Below are positions 55,471-64,000 of a DNA stretch of 64,000 nt, piece by piece (positions within the stretch are counted from its first letter, which is position 1; each line of letters opens with the position of its first letter). The notes beneath the pieces were generated by a model that worked only from the letters and a program-made list of their open reading frames with translations, was not told where the DNA came from and did no database searches. The DNA lies in IMG/VR virus record IMGVR_UViG_3300023251_000001, positions 7,606 to 71,605 of that record. One strand, written 5' to 3'. The translations under genes were made by a program, and so were the position numbers. The stretch is from a virus.

Positions 55471-56060
55471 TGTTGAGCCATCGCGCCTGCGATACCTTCG
55501 AATGTTTTAGACCTTACTCTCGCCCTTTCTTTAGGTGATAATCCAAATGAATCCGACATCCATTTTGACATTGATTTTCCGCTTGCGAATGTAACTTGCT
55601 CCCCTTTATCAACTATTTTTGTTGGCACAAGATCTGGCAGCCCTTTAAGCCACAAACATGTTTTCTTTGAGAAGTTGTCTCCAAATTGGAACGGTTGAAT
55701 TATTTGATCCGGCTTTCTCCAGGAGGTACTCATAATACCAACTGGATTTTCTATTGCAACTCGCTCACATCCTGTATCGGTAAAAAGCATGAAGAAATCA
55801 ATACATTGCTGTTGTCTCCCGTCCTTTCTTTTTTGCTCAAACCACCTAGCCCCACTAACGGAAATATGGGTACACGGAGGAAATGCTATAATCATATCCC
55901 ATTCTTGTTCAAGCAGAGGAGTTACGTCTTGTTGTAAATGCCATTCTGGACGGCCTCCAGAACAAGGTTCTATGTCGCAAGAGTACGCCTCGATGCCTAA
56001 TTCCCTCATCTTTATCGTCACTGCTTGTGACTCTTCACAGGCTACTAATATTTTCCCCAT
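55431..56060 (-). CDS. DNA cytosine methyltransferase (short phage type)
   Basis: LVACEESQ, SCDI, AFPPCT catalytic PC, ENP, RSKTF.GIA.AMA.QW. Confidence 0.8.
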   Translation of the reverse strand: MGKILVACEESQAVTIKMRELGIEAYSCDIEPCSGGRPEWHLQQDVTPLLEQEWDMIIAFPPCTHISVSGARWFEQKRKDGRQQQCIDFFMLFTDTGCERVAIENPVGIMSTSWRKPDQIIQPFQFGDNFSKKTCLWLKGLPDLVPTKIVDKGEQVTFASGKSMSKWMSDSFGLSPKERARVRSKTFEGIAGAMAQQWGKPLLDLEGAD

Positions 56061-57361
56061 TAAAATTTAACCTCCCCTTGTTCGAATCTTTGCGCTGGCT
56101 TATCAAAGTAGAACTGTAATGCACCGTCTCCCATTGCTAATGGACCATTTCTATCCTTAGCTATAATCAATTCGAACGCAGCATTAGCTTCACTCCATTG
56201 ATCAGGGTCGAATACAAACATCACCACGTCCGCATCTTCTTCGAAGCTTCCAGAACCTTTAAGATCAGTTAAGACAGGTCGATGTCCTTTCCTGTCTCTA
56301 ACTTCTCGATTGATCTGTGCTAGAACAACAATAGCAATGCCTAAATCTTTCTTGAGAGCATTTATCATGTGTGATATTCTAGCTAGATCTTCAGGCTTAT
56401 TCGTCTGGCTTAGAAGCTGAACATAATCGATGTACAGTATTTCTATCGGATTGGCCGAGAAACGCATCCTATAGGCAGCGCCGATGGCAGTTTCGACGGT
56501 TTTATATGGAGTGTCATCAATAACCAGCGGTAATGCAGCGATTGCCATATGTGTTGACTGTATTTCCGCTCTGAACTCTTCGTCTGACTGAGTTTTGTCT
56601 CTGTCATACCAACACCTCTTTAGATGTATGCTTGTCAGCCTGCCTAGCAATTCCTCTCTACTCATCTCAATGCTGAGGAAGCCTACAGTATGTCCTTTCC
56701 TTGCTTGACGATATGCCATGTTCAGTGCGAATGCTGTCTTGCCATTGCCCGGACGTCCTGCTAGCAAGTAATAAGCAGGCGTTAAGCCCTTTAATTTCAC
56801 GTCTATGTTATAGAAGCCAGACGACATTCCCCAATCATTCGAAAGCGCTTTGTTGATCATCACAGTAGAAAAGTCTTCAACTACCTTAGATATGAATTCT
56901 TCTTTGCTTTTGCCGCTAGACAATAACATTGTGTCTGACAACTGGCTAGCAAGTCGCTGAAGGTCTACTACATCTGAGTTTTTCTTACCAGCTTCGACTG
57001 CTATTAGTGAAGCCGACATTTCTGCTTGTCTTTTGATCCTATACTCTTCTAGTAAGTCTAGGTGATGATCTAGCATTTGATCAGACCATAGAACATTCAT
57101 CAGCTTAGTGAAATACATCCTGCCACCGACTGTCTCAAGTTTGTCTATCTTCTCAAGTCTGGCGATGACGTTCATCAATTCTACTTCTATCCCTTGGTCT
57201 ATTAACCAACTGATAGCCTCCGCTACCTGAATATGTCTAGGATGCGAACAGAACAACTCAGGTTTGAATTTCTGTACAAGAGTATGAAGTCTTTCAGATC
57301 CATACAAAATAACTGTGCCTAATACCATCTCCTCGATTCCAAAGTCACTTATCTGCTTCAC
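56060..57361 (-). CDS. dnaB: DnaB-like replicative helicase
   Basis: AGRPGNGKT, SIEM, IDYVQL, LAQINR, DLKGSGSFEEDAD, IAKDRNG. Confidence 0.93.
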   Translation of the reverse strand: MKQISDFGIEEMVLGTVILYGSERLHTLVQKFKPELFCSHPRHIQVAEAISWLIDQGIEVELMNVIARLEKIDKLETVGGRMYFTKLMNVLWSDQMLDHHLDLLEEYRIKRQAEMSASLIAVEAGKKNSDVVDLQRLASQLSDTMLLSSGKSKEEFISKVVEDFSTVMINKALSNDWGMSSGFYNIDVKLKGLTPAYYLLAGRPGNGKTAFALNMAYRQARKGHTVGFLSIEMSREELLGRLTSIHLKRCWYDRDKTQSDEEFRAEIQSTHMAIAALPLVIDDTPYKTVETAIGAAYRMRFSANPIEILYIDYVQLLSQTNKPEDLARISHMINALKKDLGIAIVVLAQINREVRDRKGHRPVLTDLKGSGSFEEDADVVMFVFDPDQWSEANAAFELIIAKDRNGPLAMGDGALQFYFDKPAQRFEQGEVKF

Positions 57362-57370
57362 TAACCCTCC

Positions 57371-57790
57371 CTACACTTTGATGCCGAAATCTGCGAAACT
57401 AGGAATCTTCTTGTCCTTTACCTCATACTGATCAGCTGTTATCTTCACCGCCTCTTCTCTTAAGGCAACGAAAAGATAACGGAGAGAGTATCCTCCGGAC
57501 AGAGGTTTTGGAATCTCACTAAAATTGATTGCAGCTTGCATAACTGCAGAATGTGATGGACGTATCCCTCTACTGTTATCTGTATTGTACATGGAGGAAA
57601 GCAACTGGAAGATTGGCTTCCAATTATCTGCTTGTACTTCTGGGATGTCTCTGAATCCTGGAGTGTGGTCCAAGACTGCAACGAGAATTTGTAACGGTGT
57701 GACTCCTTGTTCGGACAAGGATGATCCGTACTGTTTGTGAAACTTAATGATAGCATATCTACTCCAGTCTTTGAATGATATCTTAGCCAT
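57371..57790 (-). CDS. hypothetical replication-module protein
   Basis: Between ssb and helicase; start MAKISF (GGGAGG SD). Confidence 0.55.
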   Translation of the reverse strand: MAKISFKDWSRYAIIKFHKQYGSSLSEQGVTPLQILVAVLDHTPGFRDIPEVQADNWKPIFQLLSSMYNTDNSRGIRPSHSAVMQAAINFSEIPKPLSGGYSLRYLFVALREEAVKITADQYEVKDKKIPSFADFGIKV

Positions 57791-57861
57791 GATCCTCCCG
57801 ATAAAAATAAGAGCGACGGCTAACACGAACATCAGCCGCCGCTTAACGTGGGTGTGAAAGT

Positions 57862-58275
57862 CTAGAAAGGCACTTCCTCAGCAGTATTAGGAACGTAAGG
57901 AGCAGTCGCTGATGGCGGTTCGTAGCTGCCAGAATCATTGGTAGCAGGTTTTGGTGACAGATACTCAACACGATCAGCAACTAGGTCAAGGAAGTATTTC
58001 TTCTCGCCTTCCTTCTCATAAGATCCAGCTGAAATATGTCCAGTGACTCCTAGCTTGCCGCCTTTTTTCTGATACTCCGCAAGATTTTCTGCCTGCTTAC
58101 CCCAGCAAACGAAGTAAGGAAACTCGGCCGCGTCTTCCCATTCCCCTGTCTGTGCGTTCTTCTTTCGATTGTTGATAGCAATCTGGAATCGTAACCGTGC
58201 TTGTCCACTAGGTGTAAACTGTAGTGCGTCAGCAGGATCAAATGTCAGATTACCAATTGCGCTAAAGTTGTTCAT
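57862..58275 (-). CDS. ssb: single-stranded DNA-binding protein
   Basis: IGNLT.DP, WGKQAE, KKG, acidic EEVPF tail. Confidence 0.93.
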   Translation of the reverse strand: MNNFSAIGNLTFDPADALQFTPSGQARLRFQIAINNRKKNAQTGEWEDAAEFPYFVCWGKQAENLAEYQKKGGKLGVTGHISAGSYEKEGEKKYFLDLVADRVEYLSPKPATNDSGSYEPPSATAPYVPNTAEEVPF

Positions 58276-58888
58276 GTTGTCTCCTTTTCTTTTCTTCTAG
58301 TATTCTACAAACTTCATCCAATTCATCACAAAACATTGGCAGATACATGTCAAGGGCATCGTAAAACATACGGCTTGGTTTGACTCTGACCGTCAGCAGT
58401 GGAAGTCCAGGACTATAGCTTACAAAATCACACCATTTTCTGCCAGTTACGTACATTTGACCGTGTACCTGTTGAAAATAAGTAGACGGTAGTTTGTCTC
58501 TCAATGTGTACTTAACTAAAGTCTCTCCTTTAGGATTCTTTAACTCAACCATCCCGTCTTTACCCACTAGTCCGTCAGGACTGGCACCGAAGCGACCGCA
58601 GTCACTCAGGCAAAAACCTACCTCATCAACGAAAACTTCCTCAAACATTTCGTAGACTAGTCTGCTTTCAGCTTCTTGTTCTATGCCTTTTTGGATTGAT
58701 TTAGATGTAAATGGTTCTTCATCCACTCCAGATACGCGAGCAGCAGCAAGCTTGTTACGATAGCTGTTCCATTGCTTGGACTTTTCACCTTTGGTGGTGA
58801 GTATCTTAGAGAAGTTAGACGCAGTAGGAATCCCCCTCCTTGCATCGAACCACTCAGGTGTTTGCTGCTCGAATGTTAGGATCTTCAT
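58262..58888 (-). CDS. YqaJ / lambda-exonuclease-family nuclease
   Basis: Q.TPEW..AR.G..TAS, GASPDGLV, ELKNP, QVHGQM, WCDFVSY. Confidence 0.92.
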   Translation of the reverse strand: MKILTFEQQTPEWFDARRGIPTASNFSKILTTKGEKSKQWNSYRNKLAAARVSGVDEEPFTSKSIQKGIEQEAESRLVYEMFEEVFVDEVGFCLSDCGRFGASPDGLVGKDGMVELKNPKGETLVKYTLRDKLPSTYFQQVHGQMYVTGRKWCDFVSYSPGLPLLTVRVKPSRMFYDALDMYLPMFCDELDEVCRILEEKKRRQHEQL

Positions 58889-59895
58889 TTAGATTTCTTC
58901 TTACCTAATCCTGTGTAGTAGCTGTAAACCTGTGCTGCTCCAACTTCTCCACAGTCTTCAAGGATCTTCACCTTGTTATCAGGCCACCACTTTCTGAATT
59001 TGGCGACAGTATATTCCTCACAGGCATCAGCACAAAGAGACTTCCACTTAGATACGCCTTCATTGACGTCTTCATTATCGAAGATTTCTTGGCTATCTTC
59101 AGTTACGTCTACACCAAAATGCTTGCCACCAAGGTTGATCGCAGCAAAGTGAGGCAGGAAGTCATCAGACGACGGGAAATCTATCCGCATCCCGTTCATA
59201 GCATCTGAACGATCCTTCATCACGTAAGCGCGAATCAACATATCTGACTTTACTTTGATTCCTTGCCGCTCCTTCCTGGTCTTAGCCTTTTCTAGATCTT
59301 CTTTGGCGACTGGGATAGATTCCATTCTAAGAACAAGTGATGGTTCGTGAGAGAAGTCTTTCTCTGCTCGCATCCTATCGCCTGTTCGAATAAATTCAGG
59401 GGCGTTACCTTCAGTTATCGTCTCGTAAGTATCTTGAACTCTACCACATACAATTATGTGCGCATTCGAATTGGTAAATCTAGTTGCATAACCCTCGTTC
59501 CACATATTTTTGACCGGTCCCCAGTCAGTCATCCTCATGAACTTCAACTTCTTCTGCTTCATGTACGAGTCTTTGATTTCACTCCAGAAATGCGAGATAG
59601 AATCGATGATCAATACAGCGCCGTCTTTCTCGGCAAGGTCTATTGATTCTCGCAGCGCTTTGAAGTCTCTCCTCTTAGCACTCTTAAACGGGATGCCTAG
59701 TTCAGCCATACGTTCAACAAACCAGTCGCTTCCAGTTTCAGTGTCAAGATAATAGATAGGTCGTGGTGTCTTCTCCATCTGTGATAGTCCTACAGCTATC
59801 TTAATTGCCGTTGTTGATTTCCCACTGCCTGCTAGGCCGTATAGTCCGATCTTAGCAAACCCTTGTAGATTCTCTGCCGTTTGAAACAGTTCCAT
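58885..59895 (-). CDS. AAA ATPase, Sak4-like single-strand annealing protein
   Basis: GLAGSGKS, LDTE.GS, IIDSISHFW; adjacent to exonuclease and ssb; start MELFQT. Confidence 0.8.
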   Translation of the reverse strand: MELFQTAENLQGFAKIGLYGLAGSGKSTTAIKIAVGLSQMEKTPRPIYYLDTETGSDWFVERMAELGIPFKSAKRRDFKALRESIDLAEKDGAVLIIDSISHFWSEIKDSYMKQKKLKFMRMTDWGPVKNMWNEGYATRFTNSNAHIIVCGRVQDTYETITEGNAPEFIRTGDRMRAEKDFSHEPSLVLRMESIPVAKEDLEKAKTRKERQGIKVKSDMLIRAYVMKDRSDAMNGMRIDFPSSDDFLPHFAAINLGGKHFGVDVTEDSQEIFDNEDVNEGVSKWKSLCADACEEYTVAKFRKWWPDNKVKILEDCGEVGAAQVYSYYTGLGKKKSK

Positions 59896-60025
59896 GTCCC
59901 CTCCTAGAAAAATATTGTATGAATGATTGTACTCGATTTCTGTAAAAAAAGCAAACAAAAAGCAGGTGACGTTAATCACCTGCTAATTGCTTACCTATGT
60001 CTCCTATTAAGGGAGGATTATTGTC

Positions 60026-60988
60026 TCAACAGCCTGGATATGATGTTGTCGGAATTGACCACGACTCAGTAGTAGTCGCGCCTCTTTCATCTTCAAAAGT
60101 CGCTGTGATAACTGTATCTCCGCTAGGAATAAAGTTTTTGTTCCACGATAGGCATGCTAGTCCAGCACCTGGATACCCAGCTACTCCACGATCTGGTGGA
60201 GAATAAGGAAGGCTCGATCCAGCTTCTACAGGACCAATTTTTTCCCAGTAATTGAAATTCACCACTGGTTTTCTTGTCCCGTCTTCACTGTAATCAATGT
60301 CTTTTATACACCTATATCCTACCAATTCTAGTTGGACTTTGTCTCCTAGATAATAATCAATCAAGTCTTCCCACTCATCGTAGTCGTTAATGATTGCATC
60401 AATCTTTCCATTCCACATTGAGAAGAACATGAACGCATTCTCAAGAACTTCACCAGTATCTAGAGTTGTGTTGTAGACCGCAGGATTTGGAGTGCAAAAC
60501 ACAGAGTTTTCAGTCTTCTGTCCAGTATTGTATACTGTAACATTGACAAGCCTGACGTCTCCGCCCTCAAAATCTTGAGCGTCTGGGAATGTTACAATAT
60601 ATCTACCTTTTGGATGAATCCACCATAGGTTTGCAATCCCGTTTAGAACTGGAGTGCCAATATATGGTCCAGTATTAGTCAAGCCAATCCATGCTTTCGC
60701 TATCTGGAATTCTCCGCTTTCACTTTCCCATAACACTTCAACCGTGCAAGGCAAGTCTTCGATAGTCACAGTGAATGAATTGCCATTCTGTGTGTATGTT
60801 TTACCTTCGACAGTGAATGTATACTGTCCTCCAATTACACCCTGAGCAATCAAAGTGACCTCGCACGGAGGATAAGCTGAATCAGGTGCAAATAGAGTTA
60901 GAACACCAGCTGTGCTTGAAGGAAGACAGCCAGTTAGAAAAGCCAGTAGAGCCAAAGTCAAAATAGTTAGTGTAATTTTTAGTTTCAT
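60026..60988 (-). CDS. lipoprotein
   Basis: Signal peptide with LTGC lipobox; beta-rich. Confidence 0.7.
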   Translation of the reverse strand: MKLKITLTILTLALLAFLTGCLPSSTAGVLTLFAPDSAYPPCEVTLIAQGVIGGQYTFTVEGKTYTQNGNSFTVTIEDLPCTVEVLWESESGEFQIAKAWIGLTNTGPYIGTPVLNGIANLWWIHPKGRYIVTFPDAQDFEGGDVRLVNVTVYNTGQKTENSVFCTPNPAVYNTTLDTGEVLENAFMFFSMWNGKIDAIINDYDEWEDLIDYYLGDKVQLELVGYRCIKDIDYSEDGTRKPVVNFNYWEKIGPVEAGSSLPYSPPDRGVAGYPGAGLACLSWNKNFIPSGDTVITATFEDERGATTTESWSIPTTSYPGC

Positions 60989-61054
60989 ATCATCCCTCCC
61001 AAGAAGATAAATAGGCGGGGTTTTTACACCCCGCCACGTTGGGCTATAATGTTG

Positions 61055-61543
61055 CTAGATTGTTACGTCTGGAATCAAGTCTCCAAAAAGAATGTTGAAT
61101 CCGATAACTGGAACCACAAACAGAGTTGCATTTGGATTCAAGTTGAGTTGACCATACAGCTGAATAGGGCCAAAGGTCTTTGAGACACCAAGCACGAAAT
61201 TGAATCCTTGGTAGTAAAGACCAGCGACTCTAGCATCCCAAACACCGGCCACCCACTGCGGTCCTGTCCAATATTCCAACAATAGATCTGCTCCAACTCT
61301 ATATCCGAAGCTTTCGATTTGTGGGGTCCATAGAAGACCTGTAGCCCATATCCCTGCGACAGTATTTAGATTCGCTTTCTGGAATTCAAGGCTCACAGGA
61401 CCGAAATCATACCCGAAAGACAACGCTGCAAAGTTGCCTGCCACTGGGATATAAGATACCCCAAGCAACGGACCAGTTGCGAACGCTGAAACGCTAAAAA
61501 TCATCAATACTGCTAGTACAAATGCTGCTAGTTTATTCTTCAT
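61055..61543 (-). CDS. exported beta-rich protein, possible small outer-membrane barrel
   Basis: Signal peptide ending AFA; alternating aromatic/Gly strands. Confidence 0.55.
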   Translation of the reverse strand: MKNKLAAFVLAVLMIFSVSAFATGPLLGVSYIPVAGNFAALSFGYDFGPVSLEFQKANLNTVAGIWATGLLWTPQIESFGYRVGADLLLEYWTGPQWVAGVWDARVAGLYYQGFNFVLGVSKTFGPIQLYGQLNLNPNATLFVVPVIGFNILFGDLIPDVTI

Positions 61544-61552
61544 TTAATCCTC

Positions 61553-61735
61553 CTATTTCTTGAGACGCCCAAGAGCGTCAGCCAAACCTTCGATACCAAT
61601 AAAGCTACCAAGTGATGCTGTAATAATTGTGAGTGCAAACGTCCACTCAATAGCTCCGCCTACTGCAAGGAAAAATGCACACCCTGCTGTAGCAACTGCC
61701 ATCCAAAACTTTCGTGATTTGAGCTTTTCAAACAT
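61553..61735 (-). CDS. holin-like two-TM protein
   Basis: KLKSRKFW.A + 2 TM segments + IGIEGLAD; promoter 61802-61830. Confidence 0.7.
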   Translation of the reverse strand: MFEKLKSRKFWMAVATAGCAFFLAVGGAIEWTFALTIITASLGSFIGIEGLADALGRLKK

Positions 61736-61835
61736 TGTTTCCTCCTTAATTTTGTTGTTCATCCTGCAAAAGCCTCTCTATAATTCCCTCCTGTTGTTTG
61801 TAGTGTAGCACATCAAACACGTTCCGTCAAGTCGG

Positions 61836-62084
61836 CTATCTGTAAGCAAGCCACATACCAAGTGCAGTAAGCGCCAAAGGCACGACTGCTCCTATGAATC
61901 CGAACAACATTGACTTCCACCGATGATCATTTTTCTTGTTAGTTTCAATGGCTGTCAATCGCTCACATATCTCATCTAGCCTGATATCGTGGTCGTCTAA
62001 CCTTTTTTCATAACGAGCCATATTTTTTACTACCGCCACACTCCACTCTCTCCAAGGGTACCTTATCTTATCCTGATCTGACAC
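61836..62084 (-). CDS. XhlA/holin-associated coiled-coil + C-terminal TM protein
   Basis: RLDDHDIRL...LTAIE + C-terminal TM. Confidence 0.55.
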   Translation of the reverse strand: MSDQDKIRYPWREWSVAVVKNMARYEKRLDDHDIRLDEICERLTAIETNKKNDHRWKSMLFGFIGAVVPLALTALGMWLAYR

Positions 62085-62493
62085 TTGGAAACACCTCCGA
62101 GCGAGGAACAGAGATAGCGATTAGCTTCGCACCATTCTGCGAACCAACAGCATGTCTAACGTCTGCCTCAACGAAGAAATAATCCCCAGGGTCTAACGCA
62201 TATTCTGTCTTTACTACCTTGTGATGAGTCTCCGTAGTGCTGTCATAGATAACGACGATCAAGTCTCCTTCGTACAAGATGAACCATTCTCTTTCTTTGT
62301 GGGCATGCACTGGAGACATAGAGTCTTCAGCTATTTCAGTGTCGCATACAGCCACGTTAGATATGTTCATCAAGCCAGTTGATACTGACTCACCGGCTTG
62401 CATATCCACTTCGATCGTGCCGTTCTTGTGTATGACTGGCAAAGGTGGAAGACTTTCTGTCATTTCGTATAAACTTTTTAGGTCTGAGTGCAT
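62068..62493 (-). CDS. cupin-domain protein
   Basis: HAH.EREW..LYEG...L.PGD.FFV.A..RH. Confidence 0.8.
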   Translation of the reverse strand: MHSDLKSLYEMTESLPPLPVIHKNGTIEVDMQAGESVSTGLMNISNVAVCDTEIAEDSMSPVHAHKEREWFILYEGDLIVVIYDSTTETHHKVVKTEYALDPGDYFFVEADVRHAVGSQNGAKLIAISVPRSEVFPSVRSG

Positions 62494-62507
62494 TTAGTTT
62501 CCTTAAA

Positions 62508-64000
62508 TTATCCCTCTGATATTCTTACGTAGCTTCCTGGCGCATACAAAGCGCCGACTTCTTCTGGGTCACTAGTAGGTAAATTGCTCAGGAAGATGTG
62601 ATAGGCAGTGTTGCCAGCATGCATGAATATGTCTCGCCCTGCGTCAATTGTAATGCTGGTAGAGGCCTCTAATTCTACAGTGGAAGCACTGCTGTCTATC
62701 TTAATAGCTCCGGAAGAATTAAGAGTCATAGATGTGCTTGTCATGGTGACTGAACTTGAACCCAATAGCGTGAACGCTCCGTTAGCATCCAATGTCATTG
62801 TTCCGTTTGCTTCTAATTCAAGAGTTGTTACAGCGTCTAGTTTAATACTAGAACCAGCGGCGACCGTGATAGAAGAGGACGCAGTCATTGAGATAGCAGA
62901 GCCTGAAGAATCTATCGTCATAGCTCCAACAGTACTAAACTTTCCTGTGGCGTAAAAATGCAATTCCGGAGGTGTCGTCCCAGCCGATAGGTATATTTCG
63001 TTTCCGCCTGCACCGTCTCTAAGCTTTAGAAATCCGCCAGAACTATCATACAACTCGACTGACAAGTTATCATTAGCGTCATAGATCAAGAAACCGTGAG
63101 TCTGGTCACCCGACGGTGCCATAACAGCCCTCGCTCCACCGGACACGGCAGTCTGTAGTACAGCGCCAGTAATCGTTCCGCCTGAAATAGTACCAGTGCA
63201 AGTGATTGTCCCTGAGAATGCACCGGAAGTGGCTGTAATTGTGCCTGAAATTACAGCGCCTGTCGCATATAGCTTGCCAGCGTGAGTTACTCTAAACTCA
63301 GCACTAGCCGGTGTGTTGCTACCAGCCCAGAACGCATAGGTGGCATCACCAGTTGTAGTAGCAAGCCCGATTCCGCTAGCAGTCATTTTGCCAGCGGCGA
63401 TTACCCAGCCACTAGTTCCACCGATGTATCCCGTATCTGCTGTCAATACTCCTGAAATTGTAGCGCCTGTCGCGTATAAAATACCAGCTTGTGTAACTCT
63501 AAACGGCGCAATAGTCCTATTCCCATAAGTATTTCCTGCCCATATTCGAATACTACTAGAGGCAGTTTCGGTAGTCGATCCTGTTATACCGGCATTGGTA
63601 ACAGCGTTCTTATCCTTTACCTCTATTCTTCCAGTAGTTACAACCCCGCCGTCAATAACCGTTTCAGTATAATCACCAGGAGAGTCTTCCTGTCTGACTA
63701 ATACCCATTGACCAGCTGCAATAGTAGTAGCTCCAGCACTCGCCGCACGGTAGATTTTGTTACTGTCATTGGTATCAACCCATAAGTCGCCTATTCCTTC
63801 AGAGGTAGGGATGCCGTCTTGGTAGAAGGTAGTTACCTTTCCATCAGCCGTAGCTTGAGCGGCAACGGCGTTTAAGAACACCAACCCGATTGCACTCGTA
63901 GGTTCGTTGACCCACGTCATCGCGCCAGACGTGTATCCACCCGTGGCATCTTGGTAGCGGTAAATGTCTGCCGTGGTGTTCGGCGTATGCCCGTCAGTGT
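62508..64000 (-). CDS. tail/tail-fibre protein C-terminal part (5'-truncated)
   Basis: Frame is open to window edge; ADGKVT.FYQ..P...GDLW.DT, APFRVT..G, gp5-like short repeats. Confidence 0.75.
   Translation of the reverse strand, partial: TDGHTPNTTADIYRYQDATGGYTSGAMTWVNEPTSAIGLVFLNAVAAQATADGKVTTFYQDGIPTSEGIGDLWVDTNDSNKIYRAASAGATTIAAGQWVLVRQEDSPGDYTETVIDGGVVTTGRIEVKDKNAVTNAGITGSTTETASSSIRIWAGNTYGNRTIAPFRVTQAGILYATGATISGVLTADTGYIGGTSGWVIAAGKMTASGIGLATTTGDATYAFWAGSNTPASAEFRVTHAGKLYATGAVISGTITATSGAFSGTITCTGTISGGTITGAVLQTAVSGGARAVMAPSGDQTHGFLIYDANDNLSVELYDSSGGFLKLRDGAGGNEIYLSAGTTPPELHFYATGKFSTVGAMTIDSSGSAISMTASSSITVAAGSSIKLDAVTTLELEANGTMTLDANGAFTLLGSSSVTMTSTSMTLNSSGAIKIDSSASTVELEASTSITIDAGRDIFMHAGNTAYHIFLSNLPTSDPEEVGALYAPGSYVRISEG

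Noticed and set aside
1-64000. Stop-codon recoding or suppressor tRNAs
   Set aside because: Core genes are intact in the standard code and no CTA, TTA or TCA anticodon was found.

Overview
This window is a 64-kb segment of a large tailed dsDNA phage genome; genes run off both ends. Most genes are on the minus strand. Layout: (1) 1-20 kb, a Mu-like head/neck/tail module (TerL, portal fused to a MuF-like domain, protease/scaffold, MCP, tail tube) interrupted by a tmRNA; (2) 20-30 kb, an RNA-biology island with 14 tRNAs, several tRNA-like or structured RNAs, peptide deformylase, MazG, and a Ro60/TROVE gene preceded by four tandem minimal Y-RNA-like units; (3) 30-38.5 kb, small accessory ORFs; (4) 38.5-45.3 kb, a plus-strand early-type module bounded by non-coding DNA, with GCGAA repeats and a TerS-like gene at its right edge; (5) 48-60 kb, nucleotide metabolism, replication and recombination genes (dNK, NrdD, ThyX-like, MTase, DnaB, SSB, YqaJ exonuclease, Sak4-like ATPase); (6) 60-64 kb, membrane/lysis genes and a tail protein end. 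The most striking unexplained feature is a chain of five long-range inverted-repeat stems (three of them homologous and covarying) that tile 40.0-45.1 kb end to end, each looping out one complete gene cassette. Next are the Ro60/mini-Y-RNA array and a tmRNA whose predicted tag lacks the usual Ala-Ala degron. All calls were made by eye from motifs; no database search or folding computation was run.
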